Origin: an uncultured Verrucomicrobiae bacterium
GTDB lineage: Bacteria > Verrucomicrobiota > Verrucomicrobiia > Limisphaerales > UBA11358
Reading direction: 5' to 3'
DNA: 64,000 bases
NCBI GenBank assembly: GCA_963820205.1
Contig: CAWFZJ010000016.1
Span: 4,493-68,492 of the forward strand
Numbering within the stretch: position 1 is the stretch's first letter; each line of letters begins with the position of its first letter. Made by a program: the position numbers and the translations under genes. Positions 59,561 to 64,000 of the stretch are shown here, piece by piece. The notes below the pieces were generated by a model, which did no database searches, was not told the DNA's origin, and was given only the letters and a program-made list of their open reading frames with translations.

Positions 59561-59836
59561 TCAGGGTGAAGCGTGGTTGTTGCCGGCCAGTTCGGCGATG
59601 CAGTTGGCCAGCGTGGCCACGGAAGCCAGGTTTTTGCCCGTCAGGTGGGAATCCGGCACGCTGACGCCGAAGGTGCGCTCGCAGTAGAGCAGCAGCTCGA
59701 CCAGCGCAAACGAATCAATGCCGGCCTTGGCCAAGGGGCTGTTTTCATCAAAGTCCGCTCCGTCGGCTACATAGTTCTTCCGGGCAAACTGGCAAAGTTG
59801 CTCGGCAATCGTCTTGGGATCCTTCTGTAAAGTCAT
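59561..59836 (-). CDS. acyl carrier protein
   Basis: This is a 91-aa ORF. The motif AKAGIDSFALVELLL includes the phosphopantetheine Ser in DSF/L. Confidence 0.8.
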   Translation of the reverse strand: MTLQKDPKTIAEQLCQFARKNYVADGADFDENSPLAKAGIDSFALVELLLYCERTFGVSVPDSHLTGKNLASVATLANCIAELAGNNHASP

Positions 59837-59964
59837 ACCTCAGTCCGGACGGTGGCGGAACCGCGGTCTTTCCTGACCGCCGGAGAAAAAATTATTGTCT
59901 CTGCTCATCCCCGAAATTATGACCCGCACCGGGAGACGGCGTCAAGCATGGAAGCTGGGAGAAG

Positions 59965-61290
59965 TCAAAATCCGTCAAAATTATTTTGCAATTGTTCGGC
60001 CCGGGCCATCCGGCGCTGGGAGAAATTGATAACCCACGAGGCGATGCTCGCCTGGGTCAGCGGCAAAGGCAAGCGGGACACCATGGACGGCAGGCTGTAG
60101 AAATCCCGGTACAGCCGGCGAATGTCATTTTCCATGGACCCGGGCGTTCCGTACGGCGGCCGGATGTAACAAATCTGCCCCGGCCAGCGGTCAATTTCCC
60201 GGTCATTCACAATGCGGCCTTCACTTCGCATCCGGTCGTAGAGCGGCGTGCCTTTCACCGGCGTGAGAATGTTGAAGTAGGCCACCGGCGCCTTGTGTTC
60301 CTGGAGGAACTTGAGCGTGTCGTCGAAGGCGTTCCCGGTTTCGCCGTCCCAGCCGAAAATGAAATTCAGGGAATAGCTGATGCCGCGGCGGCGGAGGCCG
60401 GCCAGCATTTCGCCGTACCGGCTGGTTTTGTTAAACGTCTTGTGCATGCTCGCGAGCGTGCCGGCGTTGATGCTTTCCATGCCGATGTTCACGTGCAACA
60501 GTCCGCTCCGCTGGGCCAGGTCCATGAACGGCGCGTCGTTGCAGAGATACGATGACCAGAGCGCCGACCAGCGCAAGCGGAGGGGAATCATCGCCTCCAT
60601 CAATTCCATCGCGTGGCTCCGCTTGCCGCCAAAATTGCTGTCGCCGAAAAAAATGCTGCGCGAGCGGCATTGCCGGATTTCCGCAATGACCTCCGGCACG
60701 GGCCGGCAACGGTAGTGTTCTCCCAGCAGGAACCGTTCGGAGCAGAATTCACAGTGGAACGGGCAGCCCCGCGATGAGGTGACGGCAAAGGTCCGGAACG
60801 GGCGGTAGCGCCGCAGGTCCAGCAGGTCGTAACGCGGCAGCGGCAGGCCGGCCAAGTCCGGCAGCGGATCGGCCCGGTAGAGCTTGTTCAACCGCCCGCC
60901 ACAGGCGTCCTCCAACATGCGCGCCCAGATGGTCTCGCCTTCGCCAACGCCGACCGCGTCGCAGTGCTCCGCCGCTTCGTCCGCGTGGAAAAAGGTGTGG
61001 GGACCGCCTAGGATAACGGGCACGCCGCGCCGGCGAAACTCATCCGCAATGTCGTAGGCGCGGATCGAGTTGAGCGTGGAGGAGCTGATGGCGACGAGGT
61101 CGAAGCGTTTATCAAACGGAACCGCGTCCAGTTGTTCGTCCAGAAGCGTGACGTTCCAATCCGCCGGGGTCAGGGCCGCGAGATAAGGCAGGGTCAACGG
61201 CACCACGCTCCGGGAGCGGGCCTTGAACACGGTGCGATCCGCCTTGGAACGATAGTAGGACGGCTGGATGATGAGAAACTGGTGGCTCAT
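59965..61290 (-). CDS. B12-binding-domain / radical SAM protein
   Basis: It starts at an internal ATG (MSHQFLIIQPSYY). It has a cobalamin-binding-like N-domain followed by GCPFHCEFCSE (CxxxCxxC). Confidence 0.85.
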   Translation of the reverse strand: MSHQFLIIQPSYYRSKADRTVFKARSRSVVPLTLPYLAALTPADWNVTLLDEQLDAVPFDKRFDLVAISSSTLNSIRAYDIADEFRRRGVPVILGGPHTFFHADEAAEHCDAVGVGEGETIWARMLEDACGGRLNKLYRADPLPDLAGLPLPRYDLLDLRRYRPFRTFAVTSSRGCPFHCEFCSERFLLGEHYRCRPVPEVIAEIRQCRSRSIFFGDSNFGGKRSHAMELMEAMIPLRLRWSALWSSYLCNDAPFMDLAQRSGLLHVNIGMESINAGTLASMHKTFNKTSRYGEMLAGLRRRGISYSLNFIFGWDGETGNAFDDTLKFLQEHKAPVAYFNILTPVKGTPLYDRMRSEGRIVNDREIDRWPGQICYIRPPYGTPGSMENDIRRLYRDFYSLPSMVSRLPLPLTQASIASWVINFSQRRMARAEQLQNNFDGF

Positions 61291-61466
61291 GCCGGCTCTG
61301 GCGTCACTCCGGTGCTTGATGTTGTTATCGTTTGCCGGGCTTTGCAAATCCGCAGCCCAGGGCGGGTCCAGATTGGCGCAGGAAAAGAGATGGGGCAAGC
61401 CAGAAACGCCGGGGCAGAATGACTGATGACCAAACCATGCCGCTCCACGGAATGACGAATGACTAA

Positions 61467-62381
61467 GAGCTTATCCCTAAATAACGATTTTACGTATTCA
61501 ACACATTCGCCAGCAAATCAAGGCCGAAGCGCAATGCAACAAGCCCAGATAATTCTCCGCCTTCTTTTCGTACCGCACCAGCAACTTGCGGAAACGGTTC
61601 AACCACGAATGCGTTCGTTCCACCCGCCATCGGCGGGCAGGCTGCTTCCGCCCGCAGATCGGTTTGGTTTCCTGGCCGATTTGCCGCACCTGCGGAATAT
61701 AACCGCGTTTCCGCATGATCGCGGCGGCGGGCTTGCCGCTGTAGCCTTTATCGGCACACAGGTTTTGGCGACACCGACGGGTTGGCTTGGGTCGCCGAAT
61801 CACAATGCCGTCCAGTGTTTCGGCCAGCAGTTTCACATCATGCCGGTTGGCCCCGCTGACGATAAGCGAGAGCGGGACGCCAGTCCCGTCGACCAGCAAA
61901 CTGCGTTTGGTGCCTTTTTTTCCCCCGATCCGTGGGGTTGTTGCCTACCGCTTCCAGCGCCAAGGGAGCTTTGCCCTGAGTGCCGTCAATGCTCTGCCAT
62001 TCCCAGGCAATCCCTTCCAGATCATCGTATTCGGCCAAACCGGCCCGCCACAGTCGGCGGAAGAATCCCGCCGCGCGCCACTGCTGAAAGCGACGGTGAA
62101 CCGCCGTGGCACTGCCAAAACTCTTGGGCAACGCTTTCCATTGACAACCCGTCCGCAACACATACACAATGGCAGCGAACACGGAGCGCGATTTTAACGG
62201 CTTGCGCCCGCCTCCGGGACGCCGCTGGTATTTTTGATCTTTGGCCCGCGCCGCGCGCACTGGAACCAGCGGCTCGACCCGAGTCCAGAGTTCATCGGAC
62301 ACTTCCCAAGAGTAAACTTTGCTCATGCCGACAACGTAACAAAGCCCACACACGGTGTAAAGATTATTTAGGGATAAGCTC
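61467..62381. mobile_element. IS5-family insertion sequence with 18-bp perfect terminal inverted repeats and TAA target duplication
   Basis: IRL is gagcttatccctaaataa (61467-61484). The identical sequence occurs in reverse complement at 62364-62381. TAA lies at 61464-61466 and at 62382-62384. Confidence 0.85.
61498..62326 (-). CDS. IS5-family transposase in two frames joined at an A7 tract
   Basis: orfA reads MSKVYSWEVSDELW..VLRTGCQWKALP..NPTDRGKK. orfB reads (GTKRS)LLVDGTGVPL..CADKGY..RWRVERTHSWLNRFR. The junction is GGGGGAAAAAAAGG at 61913-61926. orfB is +1 relative to orfA, so loss of one A would fuse them. Confidence 0.85.
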
Positions 62382-62631
62382 TAAACCATAATGACGAAAG
62401 AAACTCAAAGTCCGAAGCTCGAACGCGCGGTGAGGTTAACCGGTTTGGTCATTTGGATATTTGAGCATTCTTTAGTCATTATGGTTTAGAGCTTAGGGTT
62501 TTTGCCTGGCCTGCCGCCTGCTAATCTGCTTGCCTCGCGGTGTTTTTCTGGAACAGTTATGCCGCATGGAAACGCCCGAAACAAACCAAACCGCAACCGG
62601 CATTCCGCGCCCGCCGCTGAAGGAAGTGACG

Positions 62632-62928
62632 ATGAAAATCGCCATTCTGGTTTTGTTGGGGGTGCTGCTGGGTTTGGGCCATGGCTGGGCGGCAACCCGG
62701 CTCTACAGCCCCGCGCGGATCGCCGGCTTCCACACCGGCGTGGTGGAAGGGGCCTTGATGCCCGCCGCCATGCCGTCCCTGCTGATGGGCAAGGACCTCC
62801 CGATTTACGCGCCGAACAACACCGGACGGGGCTACAACATCGGCTTTCTTCTGGGCATCAATATGTGCGGCACGGTGTTCTTTGGCATCGCTTTCTGGCG
62901 TCCGCGGAAGCGAGAAGCAAGGGAGTGA
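62632..62928 (+). CDS. small membrane protein
   Basis: It reads MKIAILVLLGVLLGLGHGW.. ..GFLLGINMCGTVFFGIAFW. An alternative start lies further upstream at 62530 or 62566. Confidence 0.55.
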   Translation: MKIAILVLLGVLLGLGHGWAATRLYSPARIAGFHTGVVEGALMPAAMPSLLMGKDLPIYAPNNTGRGYNIGFLLGINMCGTVFFGIAFWRPRKREARE

Positions 62929-62996
62929 TGGGTTGACGAGTTTTGGAGAATTGGGGTTTCCAGCACTCCATCACTCCAATATTCCACCACCCCGTT

Positions 62997-63731
62997 TCAG
63001 TACAGCCCGCCGCGAAACATCTCGACCACTTTCACCCGGCCACCCGCCCAGTAACAGGTCGGCGGAAAGTTAAACCTTCTTGCCGCCCGGTCGTAGATGA
63101 GTTTGACCGGACGCGCCGGCAGGTTCGGATCGTAGGCTTCAAACTGGATTTCTCCCTCCGATTCCGAGAGTCCGAACAACACAATTCCGTGGTTGATGGT
63201 GATGCGGGGGAACCGGAAGAGATGCACGATGGGCGCCGCGCCCTCGCGCACGCGTTGCGCCAGTTGCCCGGCCATACGCTCCTGATGCCAGGCCGGGACC
63301 ATGAACACCATGCGCCAGTGGCTGCGCACAAAATAGGATTGCCACGGGCCGCCGCATTCCGCCTTGAGAAGGGATTCATGAGCCTGGCTGAAGGCGCGCA
63401 GACCGTCGTAGCCGGGGATTAACACCCTGTTCGATTCCGCGCTTGCCCGGCGGGGATTGCTGGAGACGACCTGGCGGATGAGCCGGCGATAAGATTCCGC
63501 GTCCACCGCTGGCCGATCCGGTTCGAAACGGGCGTGATAAAAAAACTGCCGCGCTGACCTGACGATTACGAAACAACGATGGGTATAAACGGGTGGCGGA
63601 TCACAGGGAGAAACACTCATCGCCCCCGTTGCCGGATCGAAGCGATACTGCCAGACCAGTTCGTTGGCAAAAGTAAAGGTGTCCCGCTCGAACCGGAACG
63701 AGCGGGCACAGTGATCTGGCGGCGAACCCAT
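62997..63731 (-). CDS. conserved hypothetical protein
   Basis: This is a 244-aa ORF with coding-like composition. A possible Cys..His..Asp arrangement is present (THRCFV, INHGIVLF, YDPN). Confidence 0.65.
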   Translation of the reverse strand: MGSPPDHCARSFRFERDTFTFANELVWQYRFDPATGAMSVSPCDPPPVYTHRCFVIVRSARQFFYHARFEPDRPAVDAESYRRLIRQVVSSNPRRASAESNRVLIPGYDGLRAFSQAHESLLKAECGGPWQSYFVRSHWRMVFMVPAWHQERMAGQLAQRVREGAAPIVHLFRFPRITINHGIVLFGLSESEGEIQFEAYDPNLPARPVKLIYDRAARRFNFPPTCYWAGGRVKVVEMFRGGLY

Positions 63732-63747
63732 TATGCCGGGCGGGAGA

Positions 63748-64000
63748 CTACTGCACGCCGGCGGTTCGCTCGAAGAAAAAGGCCAGGTCGCGGGCGAGGA
63801 CCCGGATGTCGTTGCGCTGGATATCCTCGCTGCTTATCGCTTCTCCGTACGCCCTGGATTCGAATGACTCGCCGCTGCGCTTGATTTCATAGACGCAAAC
63901 GAGCTTGTCGCCGTCGTAAATCTGGCCGCGCACCTTGATCACGGGCTGGCCGCCTGCGCCGAACGGGCCGCCAAAATGCCGCGCAACGCCGCTGCCCTTG
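63748..64000 (-). CDS. hypothetical protein, 3' part (5' end outside window)
   Basis: The frame is open from the window edge: KGSGVARHFGGPFGAGGQPVIKVRGQIYDGDKLVCVYEIKRSGESFESRAYGEAISSEDIQRNDIRVLARDLAFFFERTAGVQ*. Confidence 0.55.
   Translation of the reverse strand, partial: KGSGVARHFGGPFGAGGQPVIKVRGQIYDGDKLVCVYEIKRSGESFESRAYGEAISSEDIQRNDIRVLARDLAFFFERTAGVQ

Overview
This 64-kb window comes from a high-GC bacterium. It looks like a PVC-superphylum (Verrucomicrobiota-like) genome, judged from prepilin/DUF1559-type proteins, ECF sigma factors with fused C-terminal extensions, and a FecR-TPR-barrel protein. This lineage call is an inference. Housekeeping genes: aat (3' end), smc, a SAM-I riboswitch in front of a ThrC-family gene with a CysO-type sulfur carrier and a NIL protein, the F1Fo ATP synthase operon (atpBEFHAGDC), gluQ, an RmlD-like reductase, hisH, rlmN, glnD, two ECF sigma factors, a TrmH-family methyltransferase and lepB. 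Accessory content is dense. (1) The riboswitch-controlled operon is split by three co-oriented cassettes: MNT/HEPN, an AT-rich zinc-ribbon membrane protein, and Phd + Phd/VapC. The cassettes are bounded by duplicated ends of the flanking host genes. (2) An ORF6N gene sits inside the atp operon. (3) A nuclease-rich islet holds a DUF2779 gene, a HARE-HTH/GIY-YIG gene and four unknown co-oriented genes. (4) A decayed tRNA-Gly island carries an integrase pseudogene and TA modules. (5) There is one IS630-family and one IS5-family element. (6) A seven-gene ACP-centred cluster carries two B12/radical-SAM enzymes. Two window-wide patterns stand out. Hairpin repeats built from tandem heptamers lie in intergenic DNA and also in frame inside rlmN, gluQ and the end of atpH. 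At least ten single-nucleotide-type frame disruptions occur in otherwise well-conserved genes (smc, atpD, atpG, glnD and others). I saw no rRNA genes and no CRISPR array.
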